Assembly (NCBI GenBank): GCA_049322915.1
Contig: JBMOPW010000020.1
Span: 128,001 to 192,000, forward strand
DNA: 64,000 bases
Reading direction: 5' to 3'
Source of the DNA: Candidatus Zhuqueibacterota bacterium
GTDB lineage: Bacteria; Zhuqueibacterota; Zhuqueibacteria; Thermofontimicrobiales; Thermofontimicrobiaceae
Position 1 is the first letter of the stretch. Every line of letters starts with the position of its first letter. Of this stretch, positions 1 through 9,651 are shown piece by piece. Position numbers and translations under genes: made by a program. The notes under the pieces were generated by a model, which was not told where the DNA came from, did not search any database, and saw only the letters and a list, made by a program, of their open reading frames with translations.

Positions 1-1424
1 AGAATGGCGACGTTCACCGAATGCGAACCGATTGTGTATTTCGATGGGCTATCCATTGCCAATTTCAGCAAACTTTTATCTCTGCTCAGCCGAATGTGCA
101 GGTTCTGGGCGATCTGCCATAAATCCAGCAACGCGACCTTTCTGTTTTCGGATGCGCTGACGTATTTTTCATTCACCTTGGCATTCAACAGGGCGTAAAA
201 TTCAGCATCGCTGACCGGGAGCGTGAAGACTGCACCAGATTTCATTTCGTCAGGCCTGGTTTGAGAAGCCTTCTCCGCGACATTTCCCGTGGTTGCCGTG
301 CGAGCAGAACCCTGATGAATGGGGCGTACATCGTGGCTCGAATGCGCCGGCGATGTTGCGGTCACAGGGCGCTGCGTCGATTGCTGGATGACAGAGTCCG
401 TCACAAGGGATGCGTCATTGGGTCTCAATTTTATATCCAGTACGGCATCGGGACACATCTCGCACAACTTTTCAATATCCGGGGGAGTTCCCGGATCACT
501 GCCTGAGAATTTATAGAGAGTGTCAACGACGATCGGCGCGCCGACGTTCGGGCGAGGCTCCGGCGCAATAGTGCGGATGGCGCGATTGGTATTGGGCGAA
601 AGAGTTTCTGAACTAAGGGGCGGAGCCGATTTCCGGGCGGTCAGATCCGCTACCAGAGCCGAATCAATGCGTTTTAATTTTTTTTCGCAACCGGCGAACA
701 GACATTTTGTGCACAATTTTTCGATACCTCCGGGGTTGCCCTGCTCGTGTTCAAAGATTTTTTGGATGGCATCGGCGTTGAAAATATTCTCGGATTGATT
801 TCCTGCCGCCTGAATTTTATGGTCGATGTATTCCCTGGTTTCCTCCGAAGTCAAATTGGAAATCTCAATGGTTGAAAACAGGCGCTGCCGGAACTGGGGT
901 AACCGGTCGATGATTGCGTTCAATTCCAGATGACCGGATAAAATCAGGTGAACGAAATACCTGCCATTGATTTGAGTAGTGATCAGCAGCCTCAGCTTTT
1001 CAAACACAGAAGGCTCCTGCATGAGATGAGCTTCATCGATGACGATGATTAATTTTCGAAAGGATTGGGAAAGCTGGCTGAGCCGCCGAGAGACCAATTC
1101 GGACTGCTGCGTGAAGCTGGCTGGAAAAGCTTTCACTCCCAATTGCGTCAGCAGGAATGGGTAAAACTCATGCATGAGGCCCAATGGATTGGCGATAAAC
1201 AGGGTTTTGAAATGCTGCTCGTGGATGTGCTGGAGAAAATAATTGATGAACGTGGTTTTCCCGACGCCGAAATCACCGACAACCGCCATCAATTCCTTGT
1301 GCTGTTGAATGCCTGCCAAAATCGTATGAAGATTCTCGATGAGGGAGTTCCTCACAAAAATTTCATGCGACGCCGGTGCGCCATCGAATGGATTTTTATA
1401 TAAATTCCAGTATTTTAGGCTCAT
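1..1424 (-). CDS. ExeA/GspA-type AAA+ ATPase fused to a C-terminal HD/HD-GYP-like domain (runs off the left edge)
   Basis: Absent from the ORF track because there is no stop in the window. Manual translation from ATG at 1424 gives MSLKYWNLYKNPF, Walker A GDFGVGKTT, Walker B IIVIDEAH, LILSGH, PQFRQR, then a low-complexity linker, ending at the edge in KYTIGSHSVNVAI, the typical start of an HD-GYP/HD_5 domain. Confidence 0.85.
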   Translation of the reverse strand, partial: MSLKYWNLYKNPFDGAPASHEIFVRNSLIENLHTILAGIQQHKELMAVVGDFGVGKTTFINYFLQHIHEQHFKTLFIANPLGLMHEFYPFLLTQLGVKAFPASFTQQSELVSRRLSQLSQSFRKLIIVIDEAHLMQEPSVFEKLRLLITTQINGRYFVHLILSGHLELNAIIDRLPQFRQRLFSTIEISNLTSEETREYIDHKIQAAGNQSENIFNADAIQKIFEHEQGNPGGIEKLCTKCLFAGCEKKLKRIDSALVADLTARKSAPPLSSETLSPNTNRAIRTIAPEPRPNVGAPIVVDTLYKFSGSDPGTPPDIEKLCEMCPDAVLDIKLRPNDASLVTDSVIQQSTQRPVTATSPAHSSHDVRPIHQGSARTATTGNVAEKASQTRPDEMKSGAVFTLPVSDAEFYALLNAKVNEKYVSASENRKVALLDLWQIAQNLHIRLSRDKSLLKLAMDSPSKYTIGSHSVNVAI

Positions 1425-1937
1425 GTATCAGTATAAAGAAATGATAAATTGACGAATTAAAATTCCGATGCGCTATCCCAGCCAAAGCCGGCCGCAGATA
1501 GCTGATCGGAATAACTGCGATCTCAGAGTTCATCCCCGGGAGTGCGCCGGCATGGCCCGATGAGATTCATCTTGTTTGGGCTGAGCAATGCGGTTTTGCC
1601 GTGTTGAATGAGTTATAATTATATCGGCCAAAAATGAATTTTATGAAATAGAATTGGGCTCGGAAGGGCGCCCCGGCGGACGGCGTGACCAAGATTTTCA
1701 CGGAACGAATTGCCGGAACTGCTTCGTGCACCGACTATGACGCAACTCAGACCGCGATGATTTTTCCAGAGTCATGATGTGTCCGTGAATCCATGCGTCA
1801 CAGTTTCGCGAATGATCTGAAATTCTCTCATCATTGATAGAATTCAGCACTGATTTTCTCTCAGAACTGGGAGAAGCCGCGCGGCGCATTCGGTGTATGT
1901 CCTTGAAAATATGGCAACAATGCCGCTGTAAATTTAC

Positions 1938-1953
1938 TGGTACGGTCTTTGTA
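1938..1953 (+). promoter_or_regulatory. Putative sigma-54 (-24/-12) promoter
   Basis: TGGTACG-GTCT-TTGTA versus consensus TGGCACG-N4-TTGCW, about 75 nt before the receiver gene. A second GG-N10-GC candidate starts at 1912. Confidence 0.4.
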
Positions 1954-2028
1954 TATTCAAAACGTCTAAATATGTCGGGCGACCTGCATCATGAATGATT
2001 GAATACACCTTCAAAAACTGAACGACCC

Positions 2029-2430
2029 ATGAAAAAAATAGTAATTGCATCAACGGACAGCGCCTTGAATACAGCCCTGAATTTTTTATTCCAAGACCGG
2101 TACAGCACAATGTCCATTGAGCTGAATAGCCGCTTCATCTCTATTATGCAAGACGAAAATATTGAATTGTTGATCATCGACTCCAATATCATCGATGAAG
2201 AAGGATTGAAAACAGTGGGGCTGTTGAAGAAAATCAACAGTTCGTTGCCGGTCATTGCGCTGTACGATATGAGCGCTCCCCGTCATTTCGAAAAAGAACT
2301 ATACAACATCGCTGATGTCATGTTCCGAAAACCGTTCTCCAACAAGCAATTGATCGATACGGTGCAGAATTTTATCGAGTCGGACGCCCGAACTAAACTG
2401 AATGAGGCTTTGCCCGGTGCACAGCAGTGA
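2029..2430 (+). CDS. Stand-alone atypical response-regulator receiver domain protein
   Basis: CheY-like pattern KKIVIA...LLIID...LPVIAL...RKPF. ATG at 2029 is preferred over the TTG at 1999. Confidence 0.75.
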   Translation: MKKIVIASTDSALNTALNFLFQDRYSTMSIELNSRFISIMQDENIELLIIDSNIIDEEGLKTVGLLKKINSSLPVIALYDMSAPRHFEKELYNIADVMFRKPFSNKQLIDTVQNFIESDARTKLNEALPGAQQ

Positions 2431-2462
2431 GAATACCAAATACCACACGAAGGTTACCCAAT

Positions 2463-4142
2463 ATGTACAATTCAGATGACATAAAAAAAATCAGGCAGCA
2501 CAAGCAGGAGTGGGAGAAGCGTCAGATTCAACCCACAATCGAAAAATTTCCGGAGCGGAAGCCGTCATTCGTCACTGGCTCATCCGAACCGGTGGAACGG
2601 ATTTACGCGCCGGATTCCATCCCGGAGTTGGATTATCTGGATCGCATCGGTTTCCCCGGCGAATACCCGTTCACCCGCGGGGTGCAGCCGACCATGTATC
2701 GCGGCCGTCTGTGGACGATGCGGCAGTACGCCGGTTTTGGTACGGCTGAGGAATCGAATAAGCGTTACAAATACCTGCTGGCACAAGGGCAGACCGGATT
2801 GTCCGTCGCCTTCGATCTGGCCACGCAAATTGGGTATGACTCGGATGAGGAAATCAGTTACGGCGAGGTCGGCAAAGTCGGCGTCGCCATCGACAGTCTC
2901 GCGGATCTGGAGACTCTTTTCGATGGGATTCCCCTGGATAAAGTCTCCACGTCGATGACGATCAATGCGCCGGCCGCTGTGCTGCTGGCCATGTACATTG
3001 TCGTGGCGGAAAAGCAGGGAGTGCCGAGCACGAAGATCTCCGGCACCATTCAGAACGACATCCTGAAAGAATATGTGGCGCGCGGGACCTATATTTTCCC
3101 GCCGAAACCATCCATGCGGCTCATCACCGATATTTTTGAATACTGCTCCAAAGAAGTCCCGCGCTGGAATACCATCAGCATTTCAGGCTATCATATTCGC
3201 GAGGCCGGGTCCACGGCAGCCCAGGAAATTGGTTTCACGCTGGCCAATGGCATTGCCTACGTGCAGGCGGCTATCGACGCCGGCTTGGATGTGGATGATT
3301 TCGCCACGCGTCTCTCGTTCTTCTTCAACGCGCATAATGACTTATTGGAAGAAGTAGCAAAATTCAGAGCCGCCCGCCGGCTCTGGGCCGACATCATGAA
3401 AAACCGCTTTGGTTCCAATAATCCCAAAGCGCAAATGCTTCGTTTTCACACGCAGACAGGAGGCTCCACGCTGACAGCCCAGCAGCCGTTGAATAACGTC
3501 GTCCGCGTGGCCATTCAGACGCTGGCTGCGGTGCTCGGCGGCACGCAGAGTCTCCACACCAATAGTTACGACGAGGCCCTGGCCCTTCCGACGGAGGAGT
3601 CGGTGCGCATTGCGCTGCGCACGCAGCAGATCGTGGCCTACGAATCGGGCGTCGCGGAGACGATCGATCCACTGGCCGGGTCGTACTACATCGAAGCCAG
3701 GACCGACGAGATTGAAGCCGGCGCGCGGAAATATATCGATAAAATCGATGCGTTGGGCGGCGTGGTCAATGCGATTGAGCAGGGCTATATTCAACGGGAA
3801 ATTCAGAATTCATCCTACCGCTATCTGATGGATGTGGAACATCAGGAGCGGATCATTGTGGGGCAGAATAAATTCCAGGTTGAGGAAAAAGAAAAACCGG
3901 ATTTGCTGAAGATCGATTTCAGGGTTCAGGAAGAGCAGATTGCCCGGCTGAGAAAACTGAAGCAACAGCGCGACAATGAAGCCGTGACGGCAAGTCTGGT
4001 CGCGCTGAAACAAGTGGCGCAGAGTCAGAGAAACATCATGCCCGCCATTTTGGACGCTGTGAAAGCGTACGCCACGCTGGGTGAGATTTGCACGGTGTTG
4101 CGCCAGGTCTTTGGAGAATATAAAGAATCGGTGATGATGTAA
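2463..4142 (+). CDS. mcmA1: Methylmalonyl-CoA mutase, N-terminal catalytic subunit
   Basis: [18 protein letters not shown] (Tyr specificity residue), [13 protein letters not shown] (Arg), [20 protein letters not shown]. No B12-binding domain in this ORF. Confidence 0.95.
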   Translation: MYNSDDIKKIRQHKQEWEKRQIQPTIEKFPERKPSFVTGSSEPVERIYAPDSIPELDYLDRIGFPGEYPFTRGVQPTMYRGRLWTMRQYAGFGTAEESNKRYKYLLAQGQTGLSVAFDLATQIGYDSDEEISYGEVGKVGVAIDSLADLETLFDGIPLDKVSTSMTINAPAAVLLAMYIVVAEKQGVPSTKISGTIQNDILKEYVARGTYIFPPKPSMRLITDIFEYCSKEVPRWNTISISGYHIREAGSTAAQEIGFTLANGIAYVQAAIDAGLDVDDFATRLSFFFNAHNDLLEEVAKFRAARRLWADIMKNRFGSNNPKAQMLRFHTQTGGSTLTAQQPLNNVVRVAIQTLAAVLGGTQSLHTNSYDEALALPTEESVRIALRTQQIVAYESGVAETIDPLAGSYYIEARTDEIEAGARKYIDKIDALGGVVNAIEQGYIQREIQNSSYRYLMDVEHQERIIVGQNKFQVEEKEKPDLLKIDFRVQEEQIARLRKLKQQRDNEAVTASLVALKQVAQSQRNIMPAILDAVKAYATLGEICTVLRQVFGEYKESVMM

Positions 4143-4190
4143 CAAACATCGCATCGAAGTGAGCCGAAAATATTTTTGAGAAAGCAGAAC

Positions 4191-4589
4191 ATGAAGCATA
4201 AAATCAGAGTGGTCGTTGCCAAGCCCGGACTGGATGGCCATGACCGTGGCGCCAAAGTGATTGCCCAGGCCCTGCGCGACGCCGGCATGGAAGTGATTTA
4301 CACCGGCATTCGCCAGACGCCAGCGGCGATTGTGAACACTGTCATTCAGGAAGATGCCGATGTATTGGGATTGAGCATTCTGTCCGGGGCGCATAATTTC
4401 CTGCTGCCCAAAGTGATGCAGCTTCTGCAGGAAAATCAGATGACGGATGTGTGCGTTGTCGCCGGCGGCGTGATCCCGGACGAGGACATTCCTCATCTCA
4501 AAGAAATTGGCATCCGCGAGGTGTTCACGCCCGGAGCGTCGATACACAACGTGATTGAATTCATCAGGTCGAATGTGAAACATGGGTAA
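4191..4589 (+). CDS. mcmA2: Methylmalonyl-CoA mutase, cobalamin-binding small subunit
   Basis: KPGLDGHDRGAK (DxHxxG), GLSILSGAH, GGVIP. Confidence 0.95.
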   Translation: MKHKIRVVVAKPGLDGHDRGAKVIAQALRDAGMEVIYTGIRQTPAAIVNTVIQEDADVLGLSILSGAHNFLLPKVMQLLQENQMTDVCVVAGGVIPDEDIPHLKEIGIREVFTPGASIHNVIEFIRSNVKHG

Positions 4590-4603
4590 TTTACATATAG
4601 AGT

Positions 4604-4847
4604 GACAGGATCAGCAAGGATTCCGATGTCGGAGATAAAAATGAACACCACTGAGAACCGGATCGTGAGAAAAAATAGTGATGATGATTTGAATTCGGTT
4701 CAGTACCGGTGCAAGAATGTGATCAGGCGGTATAATGGATGAAACCTGGAATGCTTGTTGAGCGCTTATGCAATAGTCGTGTTATGAAAATTGTGAGGGA
4801 ACGGTTAACACAGTTTATTTCAACATTTAAAACTTGTTGATCCTGTC
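4604..4847. repeat. Intergenic element bounded by 15-bp inverted repeats
   Basis: GACAGGATCAGCAAG (4604-4618) and CTTGTTGATCCTGTC (4833-4847) are complementary at 14 of 15 positions. Confidence 0.55.
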
Positions 4848-4913
4848 TTTTTTTTAGTCACATGAGTTAACATAGCTTGTCGGTCATCGCTGGAGATACA
4901 TTTCGAGGTTTGC

Positions 4914-5315
4914 ATGATACTGAAAATCGATCATATCGGAATAGCTGTCAGGGATTTGCAGCAGCAGATCACGTTTTACAAAGACATCATGGGGCTCACG
5001 TGCACCGGCGTCGAAGAAGTGGCGGATCAAAAGGTGAAAGTCGCCATGTTCCCGGTGGGCGAGATCCGGCTGGAATTGCTGCAGCCGACCTCCCCGGACA
5101 GTCCCATCGCCAAATTTCTGGAGAAGAAAGGCGAGGGCGTGCATCATATCGCCTATCAGGTGGATAATATTGAAAAGCAACTCCAGAGTTTCGAAGATAA
5201 TAAAGTGCAGTTAATCGATAAAGTCCCGCGCAAGGGCGCCGAAGGCCTGAACATCGCGTTCCTCCATCCAAAGTCGACGTTCGGCGTGCTGACCGAAATC
5301 TGCGAAGAAGAATAG
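4914..5315 (+). CDS. mce: Methylmalonyl-CoA epimerase
   Basis: VOC-family motifs IDHIGIAV, ELLQP, GEGVHHIA, FLHPKSTFGVLTE; lies within the mutase cluster. Confidence 0.95.
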   Translation: MILKIDHIGIAVRDLQQQITFYKDIMGLTCTGVEEVADQKVKVAMFPVGEIRLELLQPTSPDSPIAKFLEKKGEGVHHIAYQVDNIEKQLQSFEDNKVQLIDKVPRKGAEGLNIAFLHPKSTFGVLTEICEEE

Positions 5316-5484
5316 TCGATAACTGCCGATAATACAAAAGGGACAGGGGAGCTTTATGCGCGGATCAGGCTAGTGGGCCAGTGATGTAACCGGCTGTTTT
5401 TATCAAAAAACAAACAAGTAACAAAACATAGAAATTCCGAAGTCAGCAGACATTCGGAATTTATCATTTGAAGATGAGGATTCC

Positions 5485-7038
5485 ATGGCAATAATAGAAG
5501 AAAAGTTGAAAGAACTGCTGGCCAAACGGGAAGAGGCCAAGAGGGGCGGAGGCGCCGATAAAATTGAGCGACAGCATGAAAAGGGAAAACTGTCAGCCCG
5601 CGAACGAATCGATCTCTTGCTGGATGACGGCAGCTTCGAGGAGTTCGATATGTTTGTCACGCATCGCTGCACCGATTTCGGACTGGAAAAACAGAAGTAC
5701 CTGTCCGACGGCGTGGTGACCGGCTACGGTACCGTGGATGGTCGGCTGGTGTATGTCTTTTCACAGGATTTCACCGTATTCGGTGGTTCGTTATCCGAAA
5801 CGTTTGCGCGAAAAATCTGCAAGGTGATGGATATGGCCATGAAAAATGGTGCGCCCATCATTGGCCTGAACGACAGCGGCGGCGCGAGAATTCAGGAGGG
5901 CGTCCTGAGCCTTGCCGGTTACGCCGATATTTTCCTGCGAAATGTGATGGCTTCCGGGGTTGTCCCCCAGCTTTCCGCAGTGTTTGGACCCTGCGCCGGC
6001 GGCGCGGTATATTCGCCGGCAATGACCGACTTTATCATCATGTCGAAAAATACTAGCTATATGTTTCTCACCGGCCCCAAAGTTGTAAAAACGGTGACCA
6101 ATGAGGATGTGACTGAAGAAGAATTAGGCGGCGCTATGGTTCACAACCAGGTTTCCGGCGTATCCCATTTTGCAGTTGAAGATGAACAAGAGGGGATTGC
6201 CCTGCTGCGAAAAATTCTCAGCTACCTGCCCCAGAACAATATGGAAGATCCTCCCATTACCGCGTGCAGCGACGCTATTGACCGATTGGAGGATTCCCTG
6301 AATTACATTATTCCGGAGAGTCCGACCAAGCCGTACGATATGATGGATGTGATCGAAGCCGTCGTTGATAACGGGGAATTCCTCCAGGTGCAGCGGCATT
6401 GGGCGCCCAATATCATCATCGGATTCGCGCGATTTAATGGTCGGTCCGTGGGCATTGTGGCCAACCAACCGAATGCTTTGGCCGGCGTGCTGGATATCAA
6501 CTCCTCCCGAAAGGCTGCGCGATTTGTCCGCTTCTGCGATGCCTTCAACGTCCCGCTGGTTACCTTTGTCGATGTTCCCGGGTTTCTGCCCGGCACCGGT
6601 CAGGAGTTCGGCGGCATCATCTCGCACGGCGCGAAATTGCTCTATGCGTACGCCGAAGCGACGGTCCCGAAAGTGACGATCATAACGCGAAAGGCCTATG
6701 GTGGCGCGTACGATGTGATGAGTTCCAAGCACCTGCGCGGCGATATTAATTATGCCTGGCCGACATCTGAAATTGCTGTGATGGGTCCAAAGGGCGCCAT
6801 TGAAATCATCTATGGAAAAGAAATCAAATCAGCAGAAAATCCTGATGAAGTCATTAGCCGGCGCGAATCGGAATACCGAAGTAAATTTGCAACGCCGTAC
6901 GCCGCAGCTCAATATGGCTTCATCGACGATGTGATCGAACCGCGTAATTCCCGGTTCCGAATCATCCGCGCGTTGGAAAGTATCGCCACAAAACGGGATT
7001 CCAATCCACCGAAAAAACACGGCAATATCCCTTTATAA
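5485..7038 (+). CDS. mmdA: Methylmalonyl-CoA decarboxylase alpha (carboxyltransferase) subunit, PccB family
   Basis: [46 protein letters not shown]; followed by delta, gamma and beta subunit genes. Confidence 0.92.
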   Translation: MAIIEEKLKELLAKREEAKRGGGADKIERQHEKGKLSARERIDLLLDDGSFEEFDMFVTHRCTDFGLEKQKYLSDGVVTGYGTVDGRLVYVFSQDFTVFGGSLSETFARKICKVMDMAMKNGAPIIGLNDSGGARIQEGVLSLAGYADIFLRNVMASGVVPQLSAVFGPCAGGAVYSPAMTDFIIMSKNTSYMFLTGPKVVKTVTNEDVTEEELGGAMVHNQVSGVSHFAVEDEQEGIALLRKILSYLPQNNMEDPPITACSDAIDRLEDSLNYIIPESPTKPYDMMDVIEAVVDNGEFLQVQRHWAPNIIIGFARFNGRSVGIVANQPNALAGVLDINSSRKAARFVRFCDAFNVPLVTFVDVPGFLPGTGQEFGGIISHGAKLLYAYAEATVPKVTIITRKAYGGAYDVMSSKHLRGDINYAWPTSEIAVMGPKGAIEIIYGKEIKSAENPDEVISRRESEYRSKFATPYAAAQYGFIDDVIEPRNSRFRIIRALESIATKRDSNPPKKHGNIPL

Positions 7039-7122
7039 AAGTGAATTGAGTGTTCCATAGCTTTGACCTGAATATGTAATAGCAAAAAACAAAACCGATT
7101 TTAAAAAACAGTGATTTCGACT

Positions 7123-7470
7123 ATGATAGATTTTTCAAAATTAGAATTGGGTTTCTCGCTCACAATCCTGGGAATGTTGGTTGTGTTTCTCAGCCTGTTG
7201 GCGCTTTTTTCCAGCATGAAACTCTTCATCCGACTCTTTGGCGCGAGTAAAAAGAGCAGCAAGAAAAGTGGAGAATTAATGGGAATAGCGGACAGTTCCG
7301 GCAAAGTAGCAATTACCGGGGAAATCGCTGTCGCTATTTCATTGGCCATTCAGCTCAGCCGGCATGAATTTCATGATTTGGAACAGACTATCGTAACGCT
7401 CAACCGGATTACAAAACCCTACTCTCCCTGGTCTTCAAAAATTCAAGGGATACGCAGCCCCTTGCGCTGA
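7123..7470 (+). CDS. mmdD: OadG-family membrane anchor subunit (decarboxylase delta)
   Basis: One N-terminal TM (LTILGMLVVFLSLLALF), EIAVAISLAI, C-terminal YSPWSSKI; position in the cluster. Start could be 7111. Confidence 0.8.
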   Translation: MIDFSKLELGFSLTILGMLVVFLSLLALFSSMKLFIRLFGASKKSSKKSGELMGIADSSGKVAITGEIAVAISLAIQLSRHEFHDLEQTIVTLNRITKPYSPWSSKIQGIRSPLR

Positions 7471-7682
7471 CCGGGATGAGGCGGAGTTATTATCAGGGAT
7501 GCATGGCGACGAGGTCAATTTGAGAATTCAGAAGGCTGAAATTTATCCAATACGACGCCGAGGCGTTTATATGAATTTTTTTCTTGTAAAGGAAATGAAT
7601 CGAAAGCCGAGTCAGGCTCTTTCAAATTGCAATGGGACAAAATCGAATGATGGAACAGAAAGAATTTTTTTTAGGATGACGA

Positions 7683-8120
7683 ATGAAGAACTATAAATTT
7701 TCGATTAATGGAAATCCGTATGGCGTGATCATAAAACAATTGGGTGATGACCATGCCATCGTTGAAGTGAATGGGGCCGAATATCAGGTGGACATCATCG
7801 AAGAGCCGATTCAAAGGAAAACGCCGCAACTCGTCCGCTCGAAAGTGGTTCCTGATACTACGAAGCGTCCCATCCAGTCGACTGCTTCCCATCGTGCCGG
7901 GACCTCCGGCGTTGTAAAAGCGCCCCTGCCCGGGTTGATTACCCAAATTCTGGTGAAGGAAGGCGATCAGGTCGATTTGGGACAGCATCTGCTGAAAATG
8001 GAAGCGATGAAAATGGAAAATAACATTCAGTCGACGAAGCGAGGTAAGGTGACCAGTATTAAAGTGAAAGCTGGCGATACCGTGCTGGAAGGGGATGTCC
8101 TGGTGGAGATAGGGGGCTGA
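7683..8120 (+). CDS. mmdC: Biotin carboxyl carrier subunit (gamma)
   Basis: APLPG and the EAMKMEN biotinylation motif. Confidence 0.93.
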   Translation: MKNYKFSINGNPYGVIIKQLGDDHAIVEVNGAEYQVDIIEEPIQRKTPQLVRSKVVPDTTKRPIQSTASHRAGTSGVVKAPLPGLITQILVKEGDQVDLGQHLLKMEAMKMENNIQSTKRGKVTSIKVKAGDTVLEGDVLVEIGG

Positions 8121-8121
8121 C

Positions 8122-9273
8122 ATGGAAGGTTTTTACAGATTTATTCAGTTCACCGGTTTTTACAATGTCACGATGGGCCACATTGTTATGATTTTGGTTG
8201 GCCTGTTTTTTATGTACATTGCGATCAAGAAGGATTACGAGCCGCTTCTGCTTGTCCCCATTGGATTTGGCATTCTCATCGGCAATATCCCATTTTTAGA
8301 AAATGTCGGTATGCAATTAGGTATTTATGAAACCGGCAGCGTCATGAATTACCTCTATTTTGGAGTGACCCAGGGGATTTATCCGCCACTCATTTTTTTA
8401 GGACTGGGGGCGATGACTGATTTTTCCGCATTGCTCTCCAATCCAAAACTCCTGTTTTTGGGAGCGGCCGCACAGATGGGAATATTTGCTACATTACTGG
8501 GCGCCCTGGCGCTGGGATTTTCCCCTCAGGAAGCCGGGGCAATTGGGATCATCGGTGGGGCAGACGGACCGACCGCTATTTTTCTCGCGTCAAAACTGGC
8601 GCCGCATCTTATTGGCGCAATTGCCATTGCGGCCTATTCCTACATGGCGCTCGTCCCAATCATTCAGCCGCCAATCATGAAACTGCTGACCACGAAGAAA
8701 GAACGGCTCATTCGAATGAAGCCATCACGGCACGTTTCAAAAACTGAGAAAATATTATTCCCGATATTTGCATTTATCATCACTGCATTCATTTCTCCCG
8801 GGGCAATACCATTGCTGGGCATGCTTTTTTTCGGAAACCTGCTGAAAGAGTCAGGCGTAACCGACCGTTTGGGCAACACCGCCCGGAATGCGATGATCGA
8901 CATCATGACAATTCTCCTGGGAATTACTGTGGGCGCAAGCACCCAGGCAACCACATTCCTGCGGCCACAATCCATTCTAATATTCGGACTCGGTGCAATC
9001 TCGTTCATGATTGCCACGGCGAGCGGAGTTCTTTTTGCCAAATTTATGAACCTGTTTTTAAAAGGTGATAATAAAATCAATCCGCTTATCGGAGCAGCGG
9101 GTGTTTCAGCAGTGCCAGATTCAGCCCGTGTCGCGCAGACCGTGGGTGCGCAGGAAGATTCGACGAACTATCTGCTCATGCATGCGATGGGGCCAAATGT
9201 TGCCGGGGTTATTGGCTCAGCAGTGGCGGCTGGCATCCTATTGGCGGTTTTGTTCAAGATAACGGGAATGTAG
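8122..9273 (+). CDS. mmdB: Na+-translocating decarboxylase beta subunit (OadB family)
   Basis: EPLLLVPIGFG, IIGGADGPTAIF, AYSYMALVP, HAMGPNVAG; polytopic membrane protein. Confidence 0.95.
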   Translation: MEGFYRFIQFTGFYNVTMGHIVMILVGLFFMYIAIKKDYEPLLLVPIGFGILIGNIPFLENVGMQLGIYETGSVMNYLYFGVTQGIYPPLIFLGLGAMTDFSALLSNPKLLFLGAAAQMGIFATLLGALALGFSPQEAGAIGIIGGADGPTAIFLASKLAPHLIGAIAIAAYSYMALVPIIQPPIMKLLTTKKERLIRMKPSRHVSKTEKILFPIFAFIITAFISPGAIPLLGMLFFGNLLKESGVTDRLGNTARNAMIDIMTILLGITVGASTQATTFLRPQSILIFGLGAISFMIATASGVLFAKFMNLFLKGDNKINPLIGAAGVSAVPDSARVAQTVGAQEDSTNYLLMHAMGPNVAGVIGSAVAAGILLAVLFKITGM

Positions 9274-9651
9274 CAGTGTGGAATGGGTATTTAACTTCGT
9301 AGAAATCCGGCAAGGATAGTGACAGAGAAAGTAGATAAATATTACGCTCTTATTTATTGATTAAAAGAAAAACATTACTGACAGCTCAGTTGCTTCTGCT
9401 TCTGTTGATCGATGCCGTCTGAAAACTGGTATTAACAATCCTGACTTAAAGCCTGTGCCACAAGTCAATATTCTGATTATATTACTGGTTGTCCTCTGCA
9501 TCAATTACATGCTACGCTTGGATTAGGTCATCATTACACCCTCCAGCACCTGACGGATGAGGTCGCTTGTTTAGGGTGAGAGTCGTTATTTGAACTGGTC
9601 TCTTTCTTTCTTCCACGCCCGAATTCTATCAAGCAGCTTCTTTCGTTCAGT

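Noticed and set aside
4..1403. Short plus-strand ORFs in the track
   Set aside because: They are shadows of the minus-strand ExeA-like gene.
9537..9580. Imperfect hairpin CACCCT...AGGGTG considered as an ncRNA (SRP-like)
   Set aside because: It lacks the SRP helix-8 motif and is more simply a 3' hairpin between convergent genes.
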